64,000 nucleotides of DNA from a virus. The stretch lies in IMG/VR virus record IMGVR_UViG_3300046492_000199. The stretch is one strand, 5' to 3'. Positions 17,531-27,322 of the stretch are shown here, piece after piece. Under the pieces are notes generated by a model, which was not told where the DNA came from, ran no database searches, and was given only the letters and a program-made list of their open reading frames with translations. How positions within the stretch are numbered: position 1 is the first letter of the stretch; every line of letters begins with the position of its first letter. Both the position numbers and the translations under genes were made by a program.

Positions 17531-19264
17531 ATGACAATAAAAATTGACAGACTAAACGGTCTCTATGTCGCGCGATGCACTTATGAAGAACGTTTGATAC
17601 TGAAGCGTGCCGGATTTAAATTTAATGGTACTCGTTGGGTCACTGAGAATGACGACACGGCGAGGAAGTTTTATGATAACTGCATCGGTGCGGCGAAGGA
17701 ACGTCTAGATAACTTAGACGAAATCAAGCGTCAACTCGTAGAAGCTAGTTTCGCAGATGACTATGACGGCCACCTTCTTGCACCCGATGGCCTGACCTAT
17801 CTCCCGTTCCAACGCGCCGGTATTGCGTTTGCGTTGGAACGTCCTGATACATTGATTGCTGATTCGCCGGGACTTGGCAAGACGGTTCAAGCTCTTGGCG
17901 TTATCAATAATTTAATAAACGTTAAGAACGTTTTGTTAGTTGTCCCTGCCTCGCTCAAAATCAATTGGGCAAAAGAAGCAAGGAAATGGGTTAGGTCTGA
18001 ATTAGGTCTGACAATTGGCACCGCTCATACTAAACCTAAAATCATTATTGATGCTGAAGGCACGAAGAAATCCACCACTGAATACATTTGGCCCGACGAA
18101 AATATTGTAATTATTAATTACGATATGTTGGAACAATTTCATGACGAAGTAAGATCGCGCAAGTGGGATGTTCTGGTCTGCGACGAGGCTCACGTTTTAA
18201 AGAATAAAGAAGCCCGCAAGACCAAGCAAGTCATCGGCTACGAGGGAAAGCGCAGAAAAGATAAAATCAGCGCTATCGAAGCTATCAAGAGGATTTTCCT
18301 AACCGGAACGCCGATCCTGAACAAGCCTCTCGATATGTTCTGCGTCATCTCAGCATTCGGTTTCGAGAATGTTTTTGGCAATTACGTTAAGTTTATCAAG
18401 AAGTTCTGTGCCGCGTTCGAAACCCCTTGGGGCCATTGGGACACAACTGGCACAGATAATCTAGAAGAGTTTCAAGAACTACTCCGCTCCACGTTTATGA
18501 TTCGCCGTCACAAAAACGACGTGCTGAAAGAGTTGCCGCCGAAACGCAGGCAAATCATCACGCTTCCGCAAGACGGCCTTTCTAGAATTGTCAAGAAGGA
18601 AAAGCAAATCTTTTCAGACAATTTGAAAAATCTTATGATCCTCAACGGTGAAAAGACCGAAGCGGATTATGAGGAAATGACTGATGCCCAACTCAGGCAA
18701 CTCATTGATAACATTCATGAAAGAACAAAAAACTTTGATGATGTGGAAGACTTCGATAATTATGAAGCGACTCACTTCGAAGCCATTGCAAATGCCAGAG
18801 AAGAAATCGGCTTAGCCAAACTTCCCATGATGATCGAATATATCAGGTCATTGTTAGAGAGTGGAGAGAAAGTCGTTGTCCTCGTGGTTCACAGAACTGT
18901 GGCTCACAGGATCGCAGACGCGTTCGAAGGCAGTGTGAAATTCATCGGAGGCATGAGCGATAAAGAAAAGAACGCTTCGGTCGAACGTTTCCAGAACGAT
19001 CCTGATTGCCGCGTCTTCGTTGGCAACATTAATGCCGCTGGCGTGGGGATCACATTGACCGAGGCTTGGAACTTGGTCATGGGCGAATTGTGTTTCGTCC
19101 CTGCACTATTGGAGCAGGGCGAAGATAGGATTCACAGAATCGGTCAAACCGCACACGCTCTGATTCACTACCTCATCGTCTCTGGTTCGTTGGAAGAACG
19201 TTTGATGGAAATCGTGTTGGAGAAGTTAGAAATGATTCACGCCGCACTGGATAGGAAGAAATGA
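17531..19264 (+). CDS. SNF2-family (HARP/SMARCAL1-like) helicase/translocase
   Basis: HARP-like N-terminus, ADSPGLGKT, DEAH, LTGTP, AAGVGITL, QGEDRIHRIGQ. Confidence 0.93.
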   Translation: MTIKIDRLNGLYVARCTYEERLILKRAGFKFNGTRWVTENDDTARKFYDNCIGAAKERLDNLDEIKRQLVEASFADDYDGHLLAPDGLTYLPFQRAGIAFALERPDTLIADSPGLGKTVQALGVINNLINVKNVLLVVPASLKINWAKEARKWVRSELGLTIGTAHTKPKIIIDAEGTKKSTTEYIWPDENIVIINYDMLEQFHDEVRSRKWDVLVCDEAHVLKNKEARKTKQVIGYEGKRRKDKISAIEAIKRIFLTGTPILNKPLDMFCVISAFGFENVFGNYVKFIKKFCAAFETPWGHWDTTGTDNLEEFQELLRSTFMIRRHKNDVLKELPPKRRQIITLPQDGLSRIVKKEKQIFSDNLKNLMILNGEKTEADYEEMTDAQLRQLIDNIHERTKNFDDVEDFDNYEATHFEAIANAREEIGLAKLPMMIEYIRSLLESGEKVVVLVVHRTVAHRIADAFEGSVKFIGGMSDKEKNASVERFQNDPDCRVFVGNINAAGVGITLTEAWNLVMGELCFVPALLEQGEDRIHRIGQTAHALIHYLIVSGSLEERLMEIVLEKLEMIHAALDRKK

Positions 19265-19429
19265 CAGACAACGAAGTATTTAAAATTCTTATTTTCATTT
19301 TGGCGAAGAGAAATGGCGGAACGCTAACCATCAATAAAATTGACTTGTTACAATATGCTCCCTCAGTGACAGAAAAACTATACTTCAACGAGGACATAGA
19401 AAATCACAAATGGATATTGGAAGTTAAAG

Positions 19430-19564
19430 ATGAATAGAAAAAGAAGCGAGTGCAATTGTATATGTCATAGGATGCCGGTTCTACATTTCACGGCATGCTG
19501 TTATCCAGATGAACTTTTCAAAGCAGAGGAAGTTAAAGAAAATGAAGTTCAAGACAAACGCTGA
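19430..19564 (+). CDS. 44-aa Cys/His-rich mini-protein (absent from the ORF track)
   Basis: MNRKRSECNCICHRMPVLHFTACCYPDELF...; overlaps neighbours on both sides. Confidence 0.55.
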   Translation: MNRKRSECNCICHRMPVLHFTACCYPDELFKAEEVKENEVQDKR

Positions 19565-19730
19565 ACCGATTATCACATCAGAATTTTTCTACGATCTATT
19601 CGATGGTGGTTATATCGAGCCTCAGAATTTGCTGGAAGCTAAAGATGCGGCCCGCGTGAATGAAGCGATTCACCTAATCCTTGAATTCAGGGATGCGCTT
19701 GAAGAAGAAGGTTTGATGGAATACAGCTGA
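19509..19730 (+). CDS. Hypothetical protein (probable start MKFKT near 19542)
   Basis: FFYDLFDGGYI.P motif; tiling. Confidence 0.6.
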   Translation: MNFSKQRKLKKMKFKTNAEPIITSEFFYDLFDGGYIEPQNLLEAKDAARVNEAIHLILEFRDALEEEGLMEYS

Positions 19731-20050
19731 TGAAATTTAGAAGATATGATAAGACGTGGGTTGATTGGGACAAGGATTTTGATTTCTATGGCTCGCTCGC
19801 GGAAGAGGTTGGATGCGTTCGCCGCGCCGCTAAGCTTTTGTATTGGAACGTCATTTATGGTGCCAATGATTTGAGGCTCGGTGCGGCGGCTGCTGAAATT
19901 AAGTTGGAAGATATTTCTGCCGAAGATGGACACACTTATTCAATCGCTGGTGAATGGTTGAGAGAAATCGTTGCGCACTACATTATTGAACGTGTAAGGA
20001 TTTTAGATAAATTAGGGCAAATTAATTACGTCATCCCTGTTGACAACTAA
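19730..20050 (+). CDS. Hypothetical protein
   Basis: TGATG coupling. Confidence 0.55.
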   Translation: MKFRRYDKTWVDWDKDFDFYGSLAEEVGCVRRAAKLLYWNVIYGANDLRLGAAAAEIKLEDISAEDGHTYSIAGEWLREIVAHYIIERVRILDKLGQINYVIPVDN

Positions 20051-20068
20051 AACGACAACCGCTATATC
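20040..20068 (+). promoter_or_regulatory. Possible promoter for the TAXI gene
   Basis: TTGACA-17 nt-TATATC (GCTATA alphaproteobacterial-like -10), then RBS aaggag. Confidence 0.45.
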
Positions 20069-20112
20069 AGTGTTGCGAAAACAAATTCCGCAACATTCAA
20101 AAGGAGAAAAAT

Positions 20113-21021
20113 ATGTTTAAGAAGATGATTATGGGTGCCGCTCTCGCTCTGGCGGCAATGGCTGGCGTTGCAATGGCTCAGGACGTACCGACGCTGAAGT
20201 TCTGCTCCGGTGCAAAGGGTGGGGTTTACGACTTCACCGCTGAAGTTCTGAAGCAGCAACTTGCTGGTACGGTTGATGTTGTCAATGTCAACACCGCTGG
20301 CTCGATGGAAAACCTTCAGAAGATCGCAAGTGGTGATTGTGACGCAGCTGCGGCGCAGAGTGATAGTCTTTACCTCTACGGCAAGGAAAATCCGAATGCG
20401 CTCGATCTGATCGTGCTGGAAAATAGTCTCTACACTGAGTATTTCCACTTGATCTGCAATCGCAAGTCTGGCGTGACGCAGTTCTCCGATCTGAACAAAG
20501 GCACTCTGGTTTACTCCGGTGGACGAGGTTCCGGTTCCGATGTTTCGCTACGTGGTCTTATTGCTTCCGACATTGAAAACGGCGGTGCGGATTACAAGGA
20601 AGTTCCGATCAGCAATGAAGGCGGCGCAGCTGCTTTGATTAAGCTGAATGGCGGTAAGGGCGCTTGTCTCGCATATACCGGTGCTCCGGGTGGTAAGTTC
20701 GTGACTGGTGATGCTTCGAGGTTCGCTGAATCTCTGGTCATTGTACCGGTAGAAGATAAGGACTTCAATGACGCGGAATACACAGACTCGAATGGTGTGA
20801 AGCAGTCTGTTTGGTCCAACGTGGTAATGCCTTATAGCTCTTACGGTAAGCTCATGCCGAGCGGTACGTTTGGTCGTAAGGATGTAAATACCATGGGCGT
20901 TGCAGCTGAAATCGTTATCTCCTCGGCTTGGTCCACCGCAAATCCTGACGCCTTTGGCGAAGTCGGTCTCTCCATTCCCGACGTGAAGAATTTGGTCCGC
21001 TCGACCAAGAAGCTTCAGTAA
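20113..21021 (+). CDS. TAXI-family TRAP solute-binding periplasmic protein
   Basis: Sec signal (AMA|Q); SG..GGVY, TAGSMENL..I.SG.CD.A.AQSD, LYTEYFHL. Confidence 0.85.
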   Translation: MFKKMIMGAALALAAMAGVAMAQDVPTLKFCSGAKGGVYDFTAEVLKQQLAGTVDVVNVNTAGSMENLQKIASGDCDAAAAQSDSLYLYGKENPNALDLIVLENSLYTEYFHLICNRKSGVTQFSDLNKGTLVYSGGRGSGSDVSLRGLIASDIENGGADYKEVPISNEGGAAALIKLNGGKGACLAYTGAPGGKFVTGDASRFAESLVIVPVEDKDFNDAEYTDSNGVKQSVWSNVVMPYSSYGKLMPSGTFGRKDVNTMGVAAEIVISSAWSTANPDAFGEVGLSIPDVKNLVRSTKKLQ

Positions 21022-21240
21022 ATGTTCTCGGATTATAAGATTGATACTGAAGGCGGCGAGAGTCGCCTTCATTTTTCTGTTAGAGAAGAAATGATGAAGC
21101 AGATACTTAGGGCTTGTCAGCAATTCATGGTCCCGCATCTTGATTTCAAGTATGATGAAAAAACCCATATATTGACATATATTATCACGGAAACGGCACA
21201 TTTAAATGACGAAGAAAAGAAATATTTACGTATGGGTTGA
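21022..21240 (+). CDS. Hypothetical protein
   Basis: Abuts the TAXI stop. Confidence 0.5.
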   Translation: MFSDYKIDTEGGESRLHFSVREEMMKQILRACQQFMVPHLDFKYDEKTHILTYIITETAHLNDEEKKYLRMG

Positions 21241-21445
21241 ACGTCCTAGTGCAGCCGTCATCGTCCATAAGAATATATCATCATTCTTAGATTTTGAAGG
21301 ACGATTGACAGTTGAGTACAATTTCTACAAGGAAGCACATGGGGCGCTGATAAGTATGACAAAGCAGTTTATCCCACTGGCACCTATCTCAGATATGAAG
21401 TTAGATACGAAGATTAAAATGCCTATTGCATAAGAGAAAATATAG

Positions 21446-22465
21446 ATGAAACAATTATTTAAAGTTAGTTTTGGCAGCGATTTGTACGGCACGAAAACTC
21501 CAACAAGTGATACTGACTATAAGGGAGTGCATATCCCGGCTGGTCGTGATCTCGTGATGCAGGACACGGCACGTGTCATCTCCAACAGCACAGGCAGTGA
21601 TAAGACAAAAAACACTGTGGATGACATCGATGACGAAAGTTTTTCACTCCTGAAGTTCTTCGACATGCTGAAAAAGGGCGACATGGTTGCCCAAGAATTG
21701 TTACACGTTCCGGTTGAAAAAGCAATTGTTATGTCGTCTGAGTGGAGAGATATTATCCTGCCAAATAAACACAGACTGGTATCACGAGATATTAAAGGTT
21801 TCGTAGGATATGTGAAAACGCAGGCCGCAAAATATGGTATACGCGGATCGCGTGTAGCAACTTCTCGTAACGCGATGGACCTGTTTTCATTTTGGGTCGC
21901 GAGCTATGGCGCTAACACCAAAATCAAAGACGTTCCGATGTTCCATGAAGAGCTTGAGCGCTTCATCGTAGTCAATGAGCATTCTCAGTTTGTTGAAATG
22001 CCTGTGGCCAAAGGTTCAACGGAAACTGTGGAATACTTTGAAGCGATTAACCGCAAGGTGGGCTACACCATTGCTCTGAAAGAGGCTCACGCGATCTACA
22101 AGCGCAGCTTCGATGAGTATGGCTCTAGGGCTCTCATGGCTGAACAGAATGAGGGTGTGGACTGGAAAGCGCTGTATCACGCTATACGGGTCTCTGAGCA
22201 GGCCATGGAGTTACTTCAGTTCAATACGATTACGTTTCCGCGTCACAACGCTGCTGAACTTCTAACAATCAAAAGAGGGGAGCATCCTTATAAAGAAATC
22301 GCTTCAATGTTAGAAGATAATCTTGACAAATTGGAAAAATTAATGTTAGTATCTGATTTGCCACCTGAAGTGGACGTTAAATTTATGGACGAAATTGTTC
22401 ATGATCTCCACCTCGATAGGATCACAGAAGATTATGGTCTTCACAAAGCGGAATGGTGCCATTAG
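21446..22465 (+). CDS. Pol-beta-superfamily nucleotidyltransferase (RlaP/NrdC.11-like, RNA-repair-associated)
   Basis: FGSDLYGT.TPTSDTDYKG (GS..DxD), DWKALYHAIR, LL.IKRG. Confidence 0.88.
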   Translation: MKQLFKVSFGSDLYGTKTPTSDTDYKGVHIPAGRDLVMQDTARVISNSTGSDKTKNTVDDIDDESFSLLKFFDMLKKGDMVAQELLHVPVEKAIVMSSEWRDIILPNKHRLVSRDIKGFVGYVKTQAAKYGIRGSRVATSRNAMDLFSFWVASYGANTKIKDVPMFHEELERFIVVNEHSQFVEMPVAKGSTETVEYFEAINRKVGYTIALKEAHAIYKRSFDEYGSRALMAEQNEGVDWKALYHAIRVSEQAMELLQFNTITFPRHNAAELLTIKRGEHPYKEIASMLEDNLDKLEKLMLVSDLPPEVDVKFMDEIVHDLHLDRITEDYGLHKAEWCH

Positions 22466-22770
22466 TGGATAATTTAGATACGCCTTTAGACGTGGAACGA
22501 TATCACTTCGAAAAACATCTGGTTGACCTAAAATGGCAACCAGATGTTTGGTGGGACGAAGATTATTTAGAAATCATTTACGAGTGGACCAGTGAAGATA
22601 AGAAACGCCGTGCCGTTGTTTCACTAGACGGCACTGACGGTAGGTACGGTTATTGCTACCTCGTGGGTCACAAATTCGTGGCTGGCGAAGAGTTTGATCC
22701 ACTCGTTACACACTTCCCCAATGACTTAAGGGAGTATCTTAATGACAGTGTACGTCCTGCGGGAACTTGA
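22453..22770 (+). CDS. Hypothetical protein
   Basis: Operon tiling. Confidence 0.5.
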   Translation: MVPLVDNLDTPLDVERYHFEKHLVDLKWQPDVWWDEDYLEIIYEWTSEDKKRRAVVSLDGTDGRYGYCYLVGHKFVAGEEFDPLVTHFPNDLREYLNDSVRPAGT

Positions 22771-23020
22771 AAATATGGTTTGGTTTAATGTTGGCGTTGT
22801 TGATGAATTAGCGCTGGCAGAAAAATGGATGAATGAATCGTTTGCTTATGGTTATCGAAATTTCATAGCTTACGAATTGAATAGAGGTTTTAAATGATTC
22901 GTTATAAATCCGGCGACGTGCTTCAATTCAAAAATAGTAAAGAAATTAAAAGAATTATTATTAAAGTCAATAATGATGGCTACATATTTACAAAAGAAGT
23001 TTCAGGCCTAGCCGAGAACA

Positions 23021-23266
23021 GTGCCGAAACAAATGATCCTTTCTTTGAAGATGGGTGGAGAATTTATGATAACGATTAAAGTAGAAGAGCGCGACGATTA
23101 TTGGACCTGTGGCGACGGATGTTGCTCCAATTACGAAACGGTAAACGTGTTCCATTATGACGGCGAGACATACGAGTATCGCGGCAGTGATGCACATTAC
23201 AATTTTCGCAATTTTGCTGAAGAAGTTTTAAAAATTAAATTTGAGTATGATTACGATGTGGAGTAA
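23021..23266 (+). CDS. Hypothetical protein with WTCGDGCC motif (probable start near 23069)
   Basis: TCGDGCC motif recurrent in phage small proteins. Confidence 0.55.
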   Translation: MPKQMILSLKMGGEFMITIKVEERDDYWTCGDGCCSNYETVNVFHYDGETYEYRGSDAHYNFRNFAEEVLKIKFEYDYDVE

Positions 23267-23489
23267 ATTCGAGACAGAGACTCCCGTACCGGGGAGTAAA
23301 ATTGTAATTGTCTCGGAACGCGGCTCGTCTTGCTACGCCGCTTATGTTAATAAAAACGGTGACATTCTATATGCCGAAGACGGTGAATCACTTAGCGGAG
23401 GCGGATGGGACAGTTCCACTATTTGGAACTATCTTCCGAACGATTATCCAATTCAATTTATGGAACAGTCAGAAGCGGATTGGTACTGA
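23241..23489 (+). CDS. Hypothetical protein
   Basis: Operon tiling. Confidence 0.5.
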   Translation: MSMITMWSKFETETPVPGSKIVIVSERGSSCYAAYVNKNGDILYAEDGESLSGGGWDSSTIWNYLPNDYPIQFMEQSEADWY

Positions 23490-23814
23490 TGCTGGATTAC
23501 GAAATTCTATTGACGCGGCTTAAAAATAAAGAAGCCTTAGATTCACGCTACGTCGAACTGACGCACCACGATCTTAGAATTTTTATTGCTCTGGTGGAAC
23601 GAGAACTTGCTAAGACATACGATCAATGGGAATGGAACGGCTCTTAAATGTTAATCGCGATTTGGGACTTTTTATTTACACGCCGTAAGTGGATCATCGT
23701 AGAAACATATCCTCTTTTTGGGGAAACTTACGAAGGCACTAAAGGCTGTATCGGTAACGTTTATGTTCTTCAAGACCAATTCGGAAACATTAAAAAGAAA
23801 GAAGTTACGAGCTA

Positions 23815-24381
23815 ATGGCTAAACTTCATTTTTTCTATAGTGTTATGAATGCTGGCAAATCAACTGCCTTGCTCCAAGCCGCACATAATTATGAAACTAA
23901 AGGTTGGAAAGTATATTATTTCACTTCAGGGCTTGACAATCGAGACGGAATAGGTTACATCAGTTCTAGAGTTGGAATTCAAAAAGCAGCCGTCGCCCTT
24001 AATTCAGACGACCTGTTTGTTGAGAAGGTCTCAATGTTTGATTGGGACAAGTCTGTCATTTTTGTCGATGAAATCCAATTTTTCACCGCAGCGCAAATTA
24101 GCGAACTAGCTGATATTGTTGATCATTTTAAAATCCCCGTTCTCTGCTACGGCCTGAAGAACAATTCCAACGGCGAACTGTTCGGACCCGCGATCCACGC
24201 CCTCCTCGCCCTCGCGGATCAAATTAAAGAATTAAAAACTGTGTGCCACTGCGGCGCTAAGGCAACTCAAATCATCAGACGCCAAAATGGCGTTCCTATT
24301 ATCACTTCATCTGTTGTCGAAGTTGGCGACAGTGACTACGAGTCGGTTTGCCGACGCCATTGGAAAGAAGCTCATGACTGA
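23815..24381 (+). CDS. tk: Thymidine kinase
   Basis: YSVMNAGKSTALL, FVDEIQF, CYGL, KTVCHCG..A...Y.SVCRRH. Confidence 0.95.
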   Translation: MAKLHFFYSVMNAGKSTALLQAAHNYETKGWKVYYFTSGLDNRDGIGYISSRVGIQKAAVALNSDDLFVEKVSMFDWDKSVIFVDEIQFFTAAQISELADIVDHFKIPVLCYGLKNNSNGELFGPAIHALLALADQIKELKTVCHCGAKATQIIRRQNGVPIITSSVVEVGDSDYESVCRRHWKEAHD

Positions 24382-24688
24382 AGATAAAGCCACTGCTACT
24401 GCCTTGATTGCTAATATTGTTTCTACTATTTTCGGGGTATTTCTAAACGCTTATGCCTTTGCCTATCTCTGGCTCTGGTTCATTGTACCACTAGGTGTTC
24501 CTGTCATTGGCATGGCTCACGCCCTTGGCATTATCGCTATCCGAGGCTTCTTATTCTACGGCTACGCCTTGGATAAGCATGAAAGTGCCGCGTCAGCGAC
24601 GGAAAAACTGTGGACCGCCACGGCGAAACGACTTACTGTTCCGCTTGTCAGTCTCACATTCGGATATATTTTCCACAGCTTTATGTAA
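24374..24688 (+). CDS. Integral membrane protein with about 3 TM segments (start MTEDK)
   Basis: Hydrophobic segments; overlaps the tk stop. Confidence 0.6.
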   Translation: MTEDKATATALIANIVSTIFGVFLNAYAFAYLWLWFIVPLGVPVIGMAHALGIIAIRGFLFYGYALDKHESAASATEKLWTATAKRLTVPLVSLTFGYIFHSFM

Positions 24689-24705
24689 TTGGAAATTTTA
24701 ATTTT

Positions 24706-25224
24706 ATGGGTTATATTACAACATTTACGGGGATTGATTTTAATCCCCTCAAATTCACTGAAGACGATTTTGATATTGAAGATATTGCCCACGCCCTTTC
24801 GATGAATTGCCGGTGGTCCGGTCATTGTAGCGCGTTCTATAGCGTGGCACAGCACAGTGTTTATGTCGCTCGCTTCATGCAACGAAATCAAATGCTTGGT
24901 CTTCTTCATGACGGCAGTGAAGCTTATGGCTCTGACATGCCAACGCCGTTCAAGAATATTCTTCCAGACTTTAGAAAGCTGGAAGATAATATTCAAGCCA
25001 AAATTTATAAAAAATTTCTTGGACGTATTCCTACTGAAGAAGAGCACCGCTATCTCAAAATTTATGACAAGCTTCTGCTTGACTTCGAAGGCACAACGTT
25101 TATTAAACATTGGGGCGCTCCAATCGACGTTTCAATTATTAGGCAAGTAGATGAGAAGTTCCATCCTTGGACCCCGGCAGAGGCAAAGGAGAAGTTTCTT
25201 AAAGAGTTTAGAAAGTTGATTTAA
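24706..25224 (+). CDS. HD-domain 5'-deoxynucleotidase (YfbR-like)
   Basis: DIAHALS..CRW.GH...FYSVAQHS, LLHDGSEAY..D.PTPFK, D..LL.FE. Confidence 0.88.
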   Translation: MGYITTFTGIDFNPLKFTEDDFDIEDIAHALSMNCRWSGHCSAFYSVAQHSVYVARFMQRNQMLGLLHDGSEAYGSDMPTPFKNILPDFRKLEDNIQAKIYKKFLGRIPTEEEHRYLKIYDKLLLDFEGTTFIKHWGAPIDVSIIRQVDEKFHPWTPAEAKEKFLKEFRKLI

Positions 25225-25226
25225 TA

Positions 25227-26510
25227 ATGGACCTTTCTACGATTACTACTGTAGCAGAATCGCAGTTTCATATTTGGCTACAGGCTCAGCTTAAAAATGA
25301 TTTTCTCATAGCTGGCATTGGCACTGTCATGCTTTCAGGTGTGATGTACGCCTTGAAAAGCATTCCGGGTAAGGTTTGGGACGCGGTGTATCACAGATCC
25401 ACTATCACGATCAACGTGTTCAGCGATAATGATAACTTTGTTGATGTTGTGACTGAACTGAATGCAAACACCATAAACTTCTTATCCCGACAGAACATTC
25501 TAGACGGAGAGAAAATGAGCGTTGGCCTCGGTACGTCGTGGACCAGATTTCGTGGTCACATCGTTAAGCTGGATCGGCAGAAAGAGAAGTCTGATAGTAA
25601 GGATTTTAAGCAAGACCTGACCGTGACGCATTTCTTCACGTCGAAGAAAAAAGTATTAAAGCTTTACGAAGATTTCTTCGAAGAGCGTAAGGCGAAAAAT
25701 AAAGATAAAATAAAAATCTACTCTCTCGACAAGGAGTATGTACAGCATCTGAAAGATATGCCAAAGCGCAAGAGAGAAGGCGTGTTCATCTCTCCCGATA
25801 TTTTGGAACATATTGAGAAGAGAATTAGGTTCTTCCAAAACAATAGGGCGTGGTACGAGGATCGCGGCATCCCTTATAAGTATGCCATTCTTCTGCATGG
25901 TGTTCCCGGTACGGGTAAAACCACACTGGCGAAATACATCGCTTCCATCACTAATCGTCACGTCGTTATGGTAAGCCCTACCAGACTTCCGGGACTTGCT
26001 GTTGCTTTGAATAATATCTACGAAGATGATTACAGCAGTGAAAGGGTTAGAGCTTCTTATCTAGGTATTATGGAAGATATTGACACAGATAATATCACGG
26101 CTAAGCGAGACGAAGCGCCAGACGATGACGATGATGACGACTCATCCACTGGAAATAATAATGCCGGGAAGTTCAGCCTGATTACTCTTGCCGATCTACT
26201 GAACGCAATCGACGGCATTAATGCGCCTGAGAATTTCATACTGGTTGCAACTACTAACCACTTAGGTAAGCTCGATCCAGCCCTTTTCAGAAAGGGACGT
26301 TTCGATGACGTGATTGAGATTAAGCCATTGGAAACGCCTGAGATTATCCGCATGGTCAAGTTCTTTTTTGAGGTAGATGGCGCGACAGGCTTTGTCAAGG
26401 AGTATGAGCCGATCCCCGGTGCTGTGCTGCAAGACCTGATCCTGCAATATTATGACGAGGGCGTTGATAGAGTTATTGAGGTTTTGAATGAAAAATTTAG
26501 CAGAGTTTGA
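25227..26510 (+). CDS. BCS1-like membrane-anchored AAA+ ATPase
   Basis: N-terminal TM; WY.DRGIPYK..ILLHGVPGTGKT; MEDID; LLNAIDG; TTNH..KLDPAL.R.GRFD. Confidence 0.88.
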   Translation: MDLSTITTVAESQFHIWLQAQLKNDFLIAGIGTVMLSGVMYALKSIPGKVWDAVYHRSTITINVFSDNDNFVDVVTELNANTINFLSRQNILDGEKMSVGLGTSWTRFRGHIVKLDRQKEKSDSKDFKQDLTVTHFFTSKKKVLKLYEDFFEERKAKNKDKIKIYSLDKEYVQHLKDMPKRKREGVFISPDILEHIEKRIRFFQNNRAWYEDRGIPYKYAILLHGVPGTGKTTLAKYIASITNRHVVMVSPTRLPGLAVALNNIYEDDYSSERVRASYLGIMEDIDTDNITAKRDEAPDDDDDDDSSTGNNNAGKFSLITLADLLNAIDGINAPENFILVATTNHLGKLDPALFRKGRFDDVIEIKPLETPEIIRMVKFFFEVDGATGFVKEYEPIPGAVLQDLILQYYDEGVDRVIEVLNEKFSRV

Positions 26511-27246
26511 TTATTTAAAAACGCTGGAAGATAGCGTCGAAACTTATATCCCGGCTGACCAATACATGGTGGCTCGATTGGATGGGCATGGGTTTCACAA
26601 CTTCACCAAGGGGCTGACTCGCCCATTCGACGCTACGCTACGTGAGACAATGGCAGATGTGACAAAGCTGTTGATGGAACGTTTCGGCGCGACTGAAAGT
26701 TATACCCAAAGCGATGAAATAACTTTGATCTGGCACCCTCGCCAGAACCGTAACGGAACTGGTTGGGTCGAGCATCCACACTCAGGTCGCGTCGTGAAGC
26801 TCGCAACTCTGATGGCAAGCTACTGTTCCACAGAATTTTATAAATTAATTCAAGGATATAAGGTCACAAACTATAATGGTTTTGACTGCCGTGTCTATGG
26901 CGGACCAGAGAATGTCGCGACAGATAGCAAGAGGTTCAGGTTCATTGATTGCGCCACAAACGCGTATCAGCAAGTCGCTCAATCGTTGTGGAGCCAGAAG
27001 CAGTTAAACGGTGTCAGTGTTCAGCAAATTAAAGCCATGCTGAAAGAACGCGATATCAATGTTTGGCACGCCTACGGCGATGACGCAATGCTGGGTGTTT
27101 ATTTTTATAAAGAAGAAATTGTTGTGCCTAGTTCGCGCGAATACGAACTTTTTGGCCATGTAGCGAAAATCATAAATAGAACAGGGCGTTACAGAATCGT
27201 TAGATCAAACGGCGCTGAAATGATGAAGAGGATTAAAGAAAATTAA
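26488..27246 (+). CDS. thg1: tRNA(His) guanylyltransferase Thg1-like
   Basis: VARLDGHGFHNFT...PFD, YTQSDEI, GFDCRV. Confidence 0.9.
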   Translation: MKNLAEFDYLKTLEDSVETYIPADQYMVARLDGHGFHNFTKGLTRPFDATLRETMADVTKLLMERFGATESYTQSDEITLIWHPRQNRNGTGWVEHPHSGRVVKLATLMASYCSTEFYKLIQGYKVTNYNGFDCRVYGGPENVATDSKRFRFIDCATNAYQQVAQSLWSQKQLNGVSVQQIKAMLKERDINVWHAYGDDAMLGVYFYKEEIVVPSSREYELFGHVAKIINRTGRYRIVRSNGAEMMKRIKEN

Positions 27247-27256
27247 AGATGATCAC

Positions 27257-27285
27257 TTGACTTTTTAATTTTTATATGATACGCT
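27257..27285 (+). promoter_or_regulatory. Sigma70 promoter
   Basis: TTGACT-17 nt-TACGCT with extended -10 TG, in the intergenic gap. Confidence 0.65.
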
Positions 27286-27322
27286 TCTCACGATTTTAAC
27301 ATAAAGTAGAAAAATAAAAAGA

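Noticed and set aside
20548-21201. Long - strand ORFs over TAXI, HD (24562-25110) and other left-arm genes
   Set aside because: Fully antisense to well-supported genes, with no family motifs or promoters
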